A stretch of DNA of 64,000 nucleotides from positions 17,024,916-17,088,915 of the forward strand of contig NC_135258.1 in NCBI RefSeq assembly GCF_964204865.1, in the 5' to 3' direction. A program made the translations under genes and the position numbers. Every line of letters begins with the position of its first letter. The stretch's first letter is position 1. Below, piece after piece: positions 48,481-61,593 of this stretch. The notes under the pieces are model-generated. The model saw only the letters and a list, made by a program, of their open reading frames with translations. It was not told the origin of the DNA and made no database searches. The DNA comes from Styela clava. Its lineage: Eukaryota.

Positions 48481-51400
48481 CTGTTCAGAAAAAATGTATT
48501 ATTATGTAAGCATTATGATTTAGTAGCAAGAAATATTACATTCCCATTTAGGTTATTCTATCTGCAGGGTGTATTACCTACTTAATATTAACAAATTATC
48601 ATTTGAGATATACTTAGAATTCGACCATTGTTTGTTTATAATAGGTAGTCTCATTATATTTACTTCAAGAATATCAGTGATTCATTGTGAAAAATTGAAA
48701 GACCACAGATTCGCATCGCCATCCCGATGCACATTAGTACTCAAATTTTGCAAAATATTTTCGACTTACCATTACTTGTTTGATTTGTTGAACATTGTAG
48801 ATTTCTGTTTTCTGATTCAGTTTGTTCAATATGGTATGGTAAGGAGTCTAAATGCACAATAAATAAAATGCAAATTTCAGAACAAATAGTAAAAGAAGTG
48901 AATTGAAAAATTAGTTAATTAAACCAAATAATATAATAAGATAAGTCAACATACGGAGATTATTGAGGGAAATAAAGAGGTTTATTTATACATCTAATGG
49001 TCCGCGAAGCGCGTCGAATATCAACATTCATATGCATTGAATGTGAATCCGTAATATTCTAATATACAAAACAAGTCCATTGTATTAGATATCTTGATTG
49101 ACGCGACGAAAGCATAGAAGGATTTTACTCTACATCAGCCCATTGTGTTTTAAGCAATAGTTTTCAAGCGTGGCCAAACAAACTGTGTACATAACTCGTG
49201 TTATTTAGTGGGACTTATTCACAGATCATCTATGGTTTAAAAAATCATTATTCGGCATCGAATATCAAAGTCTTGCGTATGCGGAAAGTAAGTGAAGCCT
49301 TAGTATTGTTTTTCTGATAAATTTGAATATATATTGTCCGGAGATGAACGCCAAGTGTTGATAGGCAAATAGCACACAATAGATATAAAATCAAACTTGA
49401 AAAAAAATGATGGTAATTGGGTTTCTCTGTCGTACTACTGAGTACTATTATATTCGTGGTTAACTGCATTTCAATTTATGCAATAAATATGAAATCAAAA
49501 TTTGTGTCTATATCTACACAAAAGATATGAAGGCTAATAACAAATGAAAGATTCAAGTTAGTCGAATTAGCTGAAACTTTTTACTATTCGCAATCAGGCA
49601 CAACCGAAAAAAAGGAAGAAAAGGCTTTACTAAGAAAACCAGCCGTCGAAAATTTTAAAACCAGATGTAGTGTAAAACCCCCATTACCACCTAGGAGTCT
49701 GTATTGAATTTCGGTTCGAAATTTTTATTTTGACGAAAACACAATCGCTGATTGATGACATCCCTTCGAATTCGGGAAGTAAAATTTGATCTAATAAGGG
49801 GAACTCCGACATATTTTTAAGACAGAAACTCCTGTATTAAAACACTCATGTGGAAACAAGTCCACTTGACTTTAAGTAACTATATAATCCATAATCCATG
49901 GGGGTTTCGTGTACTATAATTTTCAAATTATCACTTCAAGGAATTATGCATGGAATTTGAAACAGTATATTGGTAGGGTAAATTCGCCCGCGCTGGAAAT
50001 CACCCAAAACGCGGTATAATTCGACCAAGGAATCTCTATTACAACGAAGATGCCTAGGTGTTGCTTCGAAATGATGAAATATCACCCTTTATAAGAACCA
50101 CGTGGTGCCAAATACGCCTCGGATAAATAACGCCGAAGTGGATAATGGATAATATTCACATCTCGAGTTCGATTGCAAAACATTCGGGTTTGTGCATTCG
50201 TGATAATACCTATCCTTACATAGCGATAGATATATATTTATATATTCCGTATCAACAGAGAACCATCCATCTCTGAACAAAACGACGCTGTTATATAAAC
50301 ATATCCATTCTATTTATCGCAGCTTTGAGTGTTTTCTTTTCAATTTTTAAGCTTACAAATGCAGTAGGTTCGCGCTATGATAAAATCAAGTTTAAACACG
50401 CTAAATTCATCCATGGTCATAACTGGTCCAGTTATACTAAATATTGGCATTTCAGTTCATATCGGTAGGCGTACTTTTCGCTTTTAATTATTAATATACA
50501 CTCGCAACGAACCATGTTTTCGCTTCCGTCAATAATTTACTTACGAGAGAACGGTAAATCCCATTTAGGGTGTGGAGGCGTCGAAACTCACATAATAAAA
50601 GCAATAGAAAATTAGATTTTACTCTCCATATTAAAACATAATTCGGAATATATATAAGCTATGTCTAGTTGGCAGTTATTTTAAACAGAGAATTTCGCTG
50701 AGTATCAAATAATTGATAGATTCAATAATGAAAAGGGTCTCGATTATATCCGAAATGCTTGAATAGGTATTCAGTCTTCACAAATTAAATATCTTGGCGA
50801 AACCGAAAGCAGAACACGAGTGTATTATTACATCATATTAAAATCCCTCTTGTCGTTCGCATTGTCTTTTAATCGTACTCAACAACACTATTTGTTCAAA
50901 AATATGACAAACAATAGACTAGAAACTTAGCGACATATTAAAACGTTGCTGAAGTATCACAAACATTGTTTTGTGACATTTTCTATTTGTTCACCTGCAA
51001 AAGCCCTTACAGGTCAATTTATTGTGATTGAAGCATAGGCTTCTTTACTTAAAATTCCAAGTACTGAAGTTTTGTAGATCGTAAATTATACATGGATCTT
51101 TTATTTTATTGTAAAGTTTTAAATTGTTTGGAACAGCGTATTTTAGTATTGAATAAATATTTGTTTTAGTATTCGAAATGATAAAATAAAGTTTATCTGT
51201 TATTTTTTACCGAATATTTCTGCTGTTTGATATTATAATATGCAAATGATCAATCGTTTTAACTGCCGCCATTGTAAAGTGATTATTAGGAAATAAGAAG
51301 AAGAAATAATATTTTAAAAGCAACTAAAAAATTGTCTTTATTCGGCTTTAACAAAGATAATCGCGAGATTTGTTTTTCGTTTATTTATGATGGAGATGGG

Positions 51401-52347
51401 ATCGGTATCTTGTCACGCCAAGTCCATATTTCCGTGTCTTAACGCCATATACTGCATTATGTCTAGACAAGTTTGTGCCACAGTATTTGAGTACATTTTA
51501 TAGATTTATACAAGTTTTAAACAAGGCCGTATATAAGTTTTAAATTGTTAAGTTCGAGTGACCTGAAATTATTGATCAAGGTAACAAATTTACTTCATTT
51601 CGTAGCAGACATGTGACGCACGAAGGCGGTACGCTAATCGCCTAATGAGCTTTCCCGGTATGAAATACAAGTTTAATAAACGCATTTTTTAGTTTCTTAT
51701 TTTTTTATTTCTAGCGAAAAAAGTAATTTCGTCCAAAAATAGATTTTGAACCAAGCCTGAACAAAGTGAGCGGCTTTTCATGAGCATGAATTTTTTAACA
51801 TGTGCAAATCGTCGAAATTATTTAGTTCAAGCGAGGCGTTCTCGCCGTTCTATTATTTTTAATATATCGCATAGCGATGAACTGGGCCAATTTTATCAGG
51901 CGTTCATAGTTGAATATAGTAATTGAACAAAGCACAAATGCGCTTGTCGAGTGTAAAAACTTTCCAATGAAAGGTAGTAAAAATCACGCAAACCGCGGAA
52001 CATGGGCTGTTCTAAGACTCATTTAGTGGTAACAAAAATACCCGCAATTGACGTGAATACTTAGTTTTATGATTGTGTTTTCATCAGGTATGATTAACCA
52101 CTGATATTTTGAGTCTTACATGCACTGGAATACTAGCACGTTGCATCCACCGTCCAAAAATGTCCTTCGTTAAACGACACTAACGAATTTCTTAAAAGGT
52201 CAAGATTGACGTCAGATCGTTTCTATTAAATTAAATTGAGTTAAGGTGAAAATTGTTTTAAGAAAACCCACAGTTTATAGCACGAAAATAAATAGACAGG
52301 CCAATTACGACGCACACTTCAAACGAACGTTTAAAGTCTTCGGTAAC

Positions 52348-52383
52348 TTGCAATTGCCACAATCGATGTTCATGAGAGAGTGA
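52348..52383 (-). CDS. tentative 12-aa micro-exon SLSHEHRLWQLQ of the ANKRA2-like gene
   Basis: resembles conserved SLS(V/I)HQLAAQGE preceding the first ankyrin repeat of recalled ANKRA2/RFXANK; phase 0/0 compatible; weak splice signals (purine-rich acceptor, donor gttacc). Confidence 0.25.
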
Positions 52384-54484
52384 CTTTTTTATCGGGATAC
52401 CACAAATAATATTTTTTGTATGAATTGATAATGCATCATGTGGCAACTTCAGAAACAGGAATTGAACAATGTTCAGTATTTTAATATGGAATCTTTGGGT
52501 TTGACAAAAAGAATGTTTATTTCAGTTCCCGCAAAAACAACACCAGGAAGTTTCTTTTTTCATTTTAATTTTTAACTAAAAACTAATAAACACTATAAAT
52601 ATTCAACTACTGATCCAGCGCGACTAATGGATAATATAAGACAATAACGCGAAATGTATCAAAAATACTTTTTCGTAGAAAAACCTCGAATAAACAACCC
52701 AAATAGAATAATATTTTGGATATTTTCGTTTCAATTTGGGGAAATATTAAATTTGTCGTAAACAAGTCAGTATCACAGTATACAAATATAATACAACGTA
52801 CTGAGATATAGAAATTTGGTCAAATTTTCCTAGAAATTCTATACAGATCGATAACATAAACGTTGGCCAAAATCAATGCATTTTTAAAACGACTTCTAGT
52901 AAATACGGCGGTGCGCAAACACGTTTATAATTTTTTTCCAAGAGAGATAAGTTACCGGCACTCACTTTCAAAAATATTTGGCATGAAGATTCAGCTTCAA
53001 TAGAAAGATTATACCTTGGTCTACTTCCACGAATACGCTACACATTGCAAATAATAAAAAGTTATAATACATAGTTTGTCAGGATCGGATATTGTACTAC
53101 TATAGCGTGGTTCGTTGTATATCAATATTTTCTTTTTAAAACAGCACCCTATTGCAGCCATGTTGGCGCTTTGCTAAAATGTCGCATGACGTTTACAAAT
53201 ATTGATCTTGGCGCCTGGCGAACTGTCATGGAGACTGGCACAAGCTGATATATTAATCTATCAGTTTGAACTTTTGAAATTAATGTTTCACAGCATACGG
53301 CTCGGTACTAAATATCACAGTTTTCTGAGGCAATTGAGATAAATGAAATACTTTTTTTTCAAAATAGGGTCAAATACAGACATGGAAGATAGTATGAATT
53401 TCTTTTCAAACATATCAGTTAATTATACTCGTACAAAAGTTCATCTAGGTTCACGTCATGGCGGAAGACAGAATACACATCCAGAAATCTGCAGTATGCA
53501 AATGATTTGTGTTTTTTGTGTACAAGAGACCTGAGAATGCGTGGGGATACAAGTCGCAGACGTAAGTTATGTTTATATGGTCCGTAAAGTAGTACTCCAC
53601 AATTAGTTTATATAAGACCACCCACAGAATTCTATAACTGACGAGGAAATGGTAAGGACGTTGTCGATACAGATCGAAAACAACCCAAGATAATGAATGA
53701 TTTCCGATTTGACAAAGATGTTCTCAAGACAAGAAAAATATACTTTTATGTAATGGCAATGCCACATTGTCAATAGCTAGAAGCATCAAGCGCTATTATT
53801 ACGTGTTACTAAAAAGATGGAAATCTCAATTTATAATTAGTATTTGCATAACATAATATGATTTATTTCCAACCCCAACTTAATTTTACAATATTTTCCA
53901 AAGTGCACACAAATGAAAGAAAATCAAAGCTCTATTATTACAACATTCGGCCTGATAAAGTTATAAAGTTTACGCAACAACAACAATTCTTAAATACGTA
54001 TTCGATTACAACTGGCGACATATTTTGTGCTTTGGTTTCTCCAAAGCCTTGGTAAATTTACTCTATCAGAACAATAGGTGTCCTACCTATTCACATTTCT
54101 ACAAGATAATCAATCAAATGTATATGAAAGGCTGAATTTGAAAATAGGTTATTTAGAAGAGGCGATAACATGGTTCAGAATTAAGTCAACAAACAGTCAC
54201 TCAAGTTCGAGTAAAAATTCCGCGAATTGCAAAAATCACACAAGTAATTGAAATACGTCTGTGTGGGTTTATGATCAAAAATAAAATTTCCTCCAAAAGA
54301 AATATATTCATAATTTTTTAGTTCATGAAAGCCTACTATGGCAATTTGCTTTCACCATGCGTCTTGAATTTCACATTCAAACTAATTACATTATAGTACA
54401 GGACAATGGAGGACAGAGTATGTTGGTTAATATTAGACGATCCAAGATGAGAATAACATGAATATTGTAGGAACGTAGACTAAC

Positions 54485-54597
54485 CTGTCCAGTACGGTTT
54501 GAAGATGACATTGCTTGTTCAATATATTCTTTCAGGGGAGTGATGTTTTGCAGCATCGGAATTTGTTCAATAATTTGGTCGAGATTGTCTTTTCTCT
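54485..54597 (-). CDS. candidate N-terminal-region exon of the ANKRA2-like gene; EKDNLDQIIEQIPMLQNITPLKEYIEQAMSSSNRTGQ
   Basis: acceptor tttcatttag, donor gttagt; phase 1 in, phase 0 out, consistent with flanking exons. Confidence 0.4.
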
Positions 54598-54876
54598 CTA
54601 AATGAAAAGAAATAATTGAAATTATTATTATTCAATTTGCATAAGAAGGAGGTTCTCATAATTCTGAGAGCTTTTTTCAAAGGGAATTTGTAATAATATA
54701 CTGATACTGTATGCAAATGACTACTGCTCATTATTGTCTCCAAGCTTCTAAATATCTCATTTTTAAGAATGTCACGTCTTATAAATATATTTACATCATT
54801 ATTTTTCAAATTGTCCGTAGGTAGGGTTGAAAATGCACAATAATACCCCTGACTAAAATCGAAAGATAAATAATAC

Positions 54877-55168
54877 CTTGAAATTCCGGACGAACGTGAT
54901 GGGATGTTGTAGGGTTGTAAAGCGCAGTATTGGACAAAATCTCTTCCACGCTATGATAGTATGAACGGCTCATACTGCTAACACTACAACTGCTGGATTG
55001 CGGGGTAGCATACATGGAAGAATACGGCGACCCGTATTCATTCTGACTGGTAGCAACTTGTCGTTCAACCTTCGCTTGGATTTGAGATGTTCCGGACTGC
55101 TGGGATGGCGACATGTATTCACCGCTGCTGTGGGAGATTAGAGGTTTTGTGTCCAGCATACCCTTGTT
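54877..55168 (-). CDS. candidate N-terminal-region exon; NKGMLDTKPLISHSSGEYMSPSQQ...EEILSNTALYNPTTSHHVRPEFQ (S/T/Y-rich)
   Basis: acceptor ttttcacag, donor gtatta; within ORF 54806..55192; phase 0 in, phase 1 out. Confidence 0.4.
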
Positions 55169-56240
55169 CTGTGAAAAATAATTATGTTTCATTTGAAATA
55201 CTCAAGATTCAAAATGGTTCAATATTTATTCAGCGCCTTTTGGCCTTTATAATCATAATAAAATTTAGCGAATAAAAATGATAATCCAAAATGGTCTAAT
55301 TTTTTTTATTTTTCTGATTATATATGTGAAAAAACTCGTTGAGGTAATTGAGCTGAACGTTTATTCATACAAAACCTTTTGAATCAAGTAAAAAAAAACC
55401 TTTTGCATCCTTCTAAGCTGTTGAAGTTTTTCGCGTGCCGTTATCTTCACTCTTGCTCCCGAATAACATCTTTTCGGGTTCATTGTCACGCCTGAATACA
55501 AAAATCTCAATCTCAATTTAGTGATCAGATTAATTGATGTATGTAAATAATTATTCCTTATAAATTATCCTTGATATATACTTTTTCGATTGCCCCCTGG
55601 GGATGGGCGATCTAAAAAATCATGACACGACTCAAAACTATCTCAAGCATATTCTTACCTTGTCCACCAGCCATAGGCAACTCTTTTTGATCGAGTTTTC
55701 GTTTTCGGCTCTGTCGTGGTTTAGCAGTTCCGCTTTTGGGCACTAAACAAGGGTCGACGCCGGGGTGCGCTTCACATAACCCGATCTGCCTAGCTTTCAA
55801 TCTTCTTTTACGTCTGTAAAGAAAGCAAACAACATATGGGATTCCATATTTCAAAATAAACGTGTTCATATCGAATGCCAAAGTTTACTTAACGTAGAAA
55901 AATGTTTTTCACTTTAACCCTTGAATTTCGCTATAAAACAATTCATAGGCCATAACCGTAGATAAATCAATCTTAATCATGTTCTTTTGAGTTATTTGCT
56001 ATGAAAAACTAATTTTTATTCAGTATGGTATATGCGAAGTCGCGACAGCAGGTCTTACCTATTCTTAGATCAACACTAACAGTGACTTGTCTCAGAGTAA
56101 GCAATCAGTTTCTAGATTAGGCAAATCAACATATGGTAAGTCAATTTGAATAATTTACTTTAGATTGTTGCCAAAAGGAAACGGAAAGACTATTATCTCG
56201 TGCACTGAAGCACTACATACTTTATTGTGTTTAGGCTTAC

Positions 56241-56681
56241 GGAAGCCTCTGCCTTCACGTCTGCTGGGTGATGATACCCGGTGGCTTGAACTGCAATTTC
56301 ATTTGTTGGTTGAAATCCAAATTGTCCAATTTCTGTAAGCTCGGTCGTGTTTTCGGCAGAACATGGCGAAAATGTCAATTCGGAACAATCACTCAAAGCG
56401 TCCAACTCTCCTTCTGTTAATGGCGGCGAGTATGTCGCCGTATATTCAGGTGACATGGTGCTGTATCTCTGTTGCGAGTCTTCAGCAACCGACCCAGCAC
56501 TTCCGCTTGAGTATGTAGGACTCCCCTGGCAAGGGATCTCGGTGAATATTTGGCTACAATCATTGTCGTACGAACTATAAGCGGAAGTGGTACGCGGAGA
56601 CAGTTCTACTCCCGAGTCAACGCTTTCCGTCGGACTTCGAACATTAGGCATTTGCCAGGCAGTTATGGTTTCGTGCATCAT
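56241..56681 (-). CDS. candidate first coding exon of the ANKRA2-like gene; MMHETITAWQMPNVRSPTESVDSGVELSPRTT...GYHHPADVKAEAS
   Basis: ORF 56193..56681 with Met start; consensus donor GTAAGC immediately after AEAS (phase 0) joins in frame to the 55168 exon; contains a DSGxxxS motif and an acidic stretch. Confidence 0.4.
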
Positions 56682-57120
56682 CGTTTCTGTTCTTCTTCGA
56701 AATTTGACTTTTTTGAGTCCGTTTGTGTCCTAACGTTTCCCGAATATTTATCTTAAAATTTTGACGCCCACTGTCTTTTCTCAATCGAAAAAAACTCAGT
56801 TTTTCTTGAACCGATACCGAAATATTTAAACAGTTACAAACGTCTTTCGTTTTCGTCGGTACTCAGGTATCGACGTGTAGAAATTATCGCTTAAATATAT
56901 TGTGAAACTAAAGTAAAAATAAAACTTTCGCTCAATTAAAGTGTCTTAAAAACTAGTCTAAAAAGTTCAAAAACCATAAATGCTGAAACGTGGCGCACGC
57001 TAACAGCGAGACAAAGAGCAGAGCAACCAGACTCGCGAGCCTTCGCGGCGATATGATTTCGATTTTCGGTTGAGGGTCTCTCACATACCAGACTTCAGTG
57101 ACGTACAAGAAACTCTCGTC

Positions 57121-57130
57121 TCTGATTGGT
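57121..57130 (-). promoter_or_regulatory. CCAAT box (gtgacaaCCAATcagag on the - strand) ~440 bp upstream of the 56681 ATG, followed by a TGACGTA half-CRE
   Basis: sequence motif only; orientation appropriate for the - strand gene. Confidence 0.25.
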
Positions 57131-60010
57131 TGTCACAGGAAAGGGCTTCGTTTAGCGCATAAACCATCGGCCGGAAGTCGCTTGGCAGTATGAGAACATT
57201 ATTTATCAGACATATATTGAAAAATGTGATCCGCGCTAGTTGCAACGTCGGTAAACAAAGAAACAAAAATCTTATGCGCCGCGTTCGATACAGTCATCCA
57301 CTGTATATACTTTGTTGCGATTTACGCCGTTGTCTACATGCAGTCAAGGCACTGTTACATCGACGAAAACCTTTTCTTTGGTGTTACTTTATTCCTTAAC
57401 GCTCTTTTGAGTGTTGGTTTGTATTCTGCAAAATTTGCAGGGTAATCACAATTGTACAAAATTTACAGAATAATCAAAATTCAGATATGTACATGCACGA
57501 CACATGAATTGTAGTGTGTCATTTCAGAGGCATAGGCTACTAAGTGTAAATGTGAATTACCGCGTTGTGCGTTACTAATGTAAATTGTTAAATATTTCAG
57601 TAATATTTGTTTCAGTGGTTAACGTTAAAATTTCTTCGCTTATTTTTATTCGTCTCCAATATGCTAAACTGTAATTTTTAGTGTTTCTGTCATCTCGATA
57701 CAGGATAAAAGTTTTTTATTATATATACTAAGACTGTACCAAGGCTTAGTCGACGAGCTAATTCGTTGGGGTTGGTAACGTTCTATACATTCAAGTCGAA
57801 AATATACATATATGTATGTATATATATATATATAGACAACTACTATACAGCTAACCCAATATACATACATAACCAATGTCATATGCTTAGCTATGCATAT
57901 ACAGCTAACTCAATTATGTGCACTTAACAAGTAGATTCAACATCTTTGGGTCCTCGCTTGTAAATAATATGGCTGTATATGTACATTACTTGAATTGCAG
58001 TATTTAAATGTTGAGTTGACTGTGTTTGTACATCATTTAAATGGCTGCATATGTATATTGCGCTGTCGTCGCGTTCTTTTTAGGAAATAAATACCGCTAA
58101 AATAAAGAGATTTAGAAAAATGCCGTAAACACCGATTAGTTTTGGCGTGAGTGGCTTATATATTAACTACAATATAATAGTTAAAGCTACGAAAGAAAAG
58201 TTAATGAGCTAAAAAGAAACAGTCCAGGTAACCATGAGTAAAGTAACTTTCGAGCAATTCCGAGATGTGTGCGCGATCGTTACAACTGTAGTTCGAAAAT
58301 ACGGGAGCGCAATGTTATTATTTTGCGATTTATTATTTAATTAAAAATCACGCATACTACAAGAAAGAGTCGATAGCCTGCGCAATCACAGAGATATGCG
58401 ATTAAATTAGCCAATGGCACCGTCGATTGTCACCATTTATCTGTTTTATGGACAGAAAGAGCACACAATATCAACATTGAGAGTGGTAAAATCTATATTC
58501 GAACAAATCCTAAACATGGGTGACATAAATTTTTTGCAGAGTACAAATTAAATTCTGTATTTTTTTTTCACGATGAGAAAAATTACTATATCTGTAGGTC
58601 TAATATGTGTACAATAATGATAAATCCTAAATTTGATCACTTCATCATACCATTGCATACATTTACCAAACAAATACTATACATTTATTTATTACGTGCG
58701 TACAGAAGTTGTAAGTTTATATATATTACATTGTTTCGAAAATTTAGAGCAGTTCGTCGGGATTTAATTTCGAGTGCGTCACGAAATGTATTGCTTCATC
58801 TGCCATGTTTATAACATGAAATGACAGTTATGAAAATAGCGCTGAGAGAGACGTACGACTGGCCATAACGGACACTCAGCCGCATCATAATCATGTAATT
58901 ATTCCACTCGAAAATGCGCCAACTCTTTCATCCAGTAGCCTATGCAATATGGTAAATATATATAGTACATATTAATGTAAAGAGAAAGAGAGAAATGCTC
59001 AAAAATATGAACACGAAAGCCAAAACGAAGCAGTATGAAATATTTTTCAGTACCGGTAAACTGACCACCAGATGGCTGAATGCGATCGCTAACCCTCACA
59101 TGGGCGCAATTTTTAATTTTAATGATGTCATCACACATGCCCCAGGCTGAGAAACAAATCCTATAGAGCCACAGGAATTTGTAAAATGAATTAAAGTAGC
59201 CTTCTAGCTTCAACCACGATCTATAACCACTGAAAATTGCAATACAATTGGGTTTGAAGAGAAAGATATCACGACAGCAGAAAGAAGAAAAATACCAAGA
59301 TAAATACTAACAATAACAGTAGGCCTATCCTAATAACAAAACAATCCATACGTCCACGTCGTGTCAAATAATTATCAGGTGACTAGGACAAAAATTTTTC
59401 ATTGTTTCCGCTTCCTTGTCTTTTCTGTAACTCGATATACATCACTTTATTTGCTCCAATTGTTGTATATTTATTTGTGTGCGTCATTTAGCTCCAATAT
59501 TCTTTCGTATTTACGCGAATGAAGCTATGCCGATAAAAGGTATAGAAATGTATAGCAAAGGGACCAACAAAGATTATTGCTCTCCACGTTTCCATTCAAT
59601 TGGCGTTTTTGTGCCGAATTGGCTAGGTATAAGTGATAGGTTGTTTTATAGGAGTATATTGACAATTCGCATGAGAGTTTATGAGTAGAAATAACGACGC
59701 TAAGTTAAGAGCATTGGCAATGACTCACGAGTGTTTGTAATCACGAAAATACTTCTGCGAACATAGTTTAGGTCGATTTAGATACCATATATAAGTAAGA
59801 AGATATTGTAAGAAGAAGAAGTAACTCACTCCTTAATTAACACATATACCTACATTCAAAAAACAGCAATTTTTTCATGGCGATGGAAGCAGCATTTAAT
59901 CCGGTAACTGTTTGATTACTTTTTTAAAGTGAAACTCCAATAGTTTTGTTTTGAATCATATTGATTTTAATTTTCTAAAGGACATTGGGACCACATTTGA
60001 TATAAAATGA

Positions 60011-60069
60011 ATGTTTGTTGGAAAGACAATTTATGTGTATGGAGAATCTCACAAAGATGACAAGGGCAG
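60011..60069 (+). CDS. galectin exon 1; MFVGKTIYVYGESHKDDKG(R)
   Basis: ATG then the I-V-G motif of the first galectin beta-strand; donor gtgaga; phase 2 out completing Arg with exon 2. Confidence 0.5.
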
Positions 60070-60825
60070 GTGAGATATTGTAAAATGACACTATGGCTGG
60101 GCATTTTCGAATACCTACTGTATTCAGAATCAAATCGAATATTTTTTCTATTGAATCGAATATCGAATGTTTAGAAGATATTCAAATGTATGGGACATAA
60201 GAAACATGTTCCAACCTTACTTCAAGAGAAAGAAAAGAGTCATATGTCCAAATTACATTTTAAAAATATGGCTCCTACGAAAAAAAAAACTGAGGAATTC
60301 ACCTCGACCTTCGTGCGGCCAAATATAACAAGATGGCGGCAATTCGAACTTTCGGCCTGAACCTTTTCGAATAATTTAATATTCCATTCGGATACTCTAT
60401 TCAGAAGGCTCATCCCTAGATGACACATGACAACTTTTGCATTGCTTACTCCGGGGCGACGCATAGTGTCAACTTTAATATTCTTATGCATGACTTGTAT
60501 TTCCTATACACGACTTTGAAAAAGGGAACAAAAAGCCGCGGTACGCTAAAAAGTTATTTGGATCAAGCATCTTAATTAAATTTCAAATTGTTTGATGTAT
60601 ATTGTATATCATTAGCTTATTTCCGAGTGACTAAAACATCATATACAGAATAACTAACATTGTTTTTCTCACAATGTCATAAAGAATTGCATTTCTTATA
60701 TTTGCGGTAAAAACGTATCTTAGATTTTAAAATTTCATATAAAAAAAATTAGATTTTATAAAATTCCTAAATTGATATATTTTTAAAATAAAGAATTCTT
60801 ATATTATATATATTTTTTTCTGCAG

Positions 60826-61078
60826 GCCACATAATTTTGGTATCGTTAGTTGTTTTATTAACTTTTCCATTAGAATTGCTGTAAATCTTCTGTGTGGACC
60901 CGATGAGGACGACCAAATTGCTTTACATGTTAATCCACGTTTCGATCAAAAAACTGTTGTAATAAACACCCGGGATAGTCAGGGTTGGGGAAAAGAAGAA
61001 AGAGACAAAAAGTTTTCTTTGAAAAAACCTGGAAAACCATTTGCAATCTGGATTGTTTGTCTGAAAGAGCACTTCGAG
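60826..61078 (+). CDS. galectin exon 2, CRD1 core; PHNFGIVSCFINFSIRIAVNLLCGPDEDDQIALHVNPRFDQKTVVINTRDSQGWGKEERDKKFSLKKPGKPFAIWIVCLKEHFE
   Basis: galectin signature H-NPRF...V.N....WG.EER...F; acceptor ttttttctgcag, donor gtttgt. Confidence 0.7.
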
Positions 61079-61467
61079 GTTTGTTTCAAAATGAATGAAA
61101 ATATGAAAAATAGGAAAATCAAAGCATTGTGTCCTCACAACGGCAATGTTTTGATCAATTGTTGAAATATTCAAATTAGTATCAACTTAAAATCCAATTT
61201 TTTTTTATGTTGTCTTGCATCCAAAGAGAAGCGAAAACGAACGTCGAATCAAAAATTTTGCCATGAATAAATTTGTTTCTGAGGTCAATTTATTAGTATT
61301 ATCATAAACTGGAAAAGGTTTGCCAGGGAGAAGAATCTTAACATGAAGTGTACTGAAATCAATTTTAAGACCCATATAAATAGATTAATCAAAAACGACG
61401 ATTGGATACTTTTTCCACATGATAAAATCTAAAAAAACTTTTTCGAAACAATTCTAACGCATTTTAG

Positions 61468-61593
61468 ATCTTTATCAATCGTAACGAAGTGTTTGCAACA
61501 TACAAACATCGTATCCCTCTGAAGCTTATAACCCATGTTCAAGTGGAACAAAATTGTGACATCAAACTTATTTGCTCTGGAATAGAAGGCCAA
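61468..61593 (+). CDS. galectin exon 3, end of CRD1; IFINRNEVFATYKHRIPLKLITHVQVEQNCDIKLICSGIEGQ
   Basis: F.HR.P...I..L.V.GD..L pattern of galectin CRD C-terminus; acceptor cattttag, donor gtaagt; phase 0/0. Confidence 0.65.

Noticed and set aside
37925-52216. Three perfect CRE palindromes TGACGTCA (37925, 39240, 52209)
   Set aside because: An 8-bp palindrome is expected ~1-2 times by chance in 64 kb. None sits at a supportable promoter.
55612-55881. Using the basic 89-aa ORF as exon 2 of the ANKRA2-like gene
   Set aside because: Splice phases do not close with either neighbour. Exon 1 (phase 0) joins exon 3 (phase 0) cleanly without it. It is kept as a finding, not as part of the gene model.
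59878-59904. ATG MAMEAAFNP followed by a GTAACT donor as the galectin first exon
   Set aside because: It ends in phase 0, whereas the CRD1 core exon (60826) can only be entered in phase 2. The exon at 60011-60069 (MFVGKTIYVYGESHKDDKG) fits both the phase and the galectin N-terminal strand pattern.
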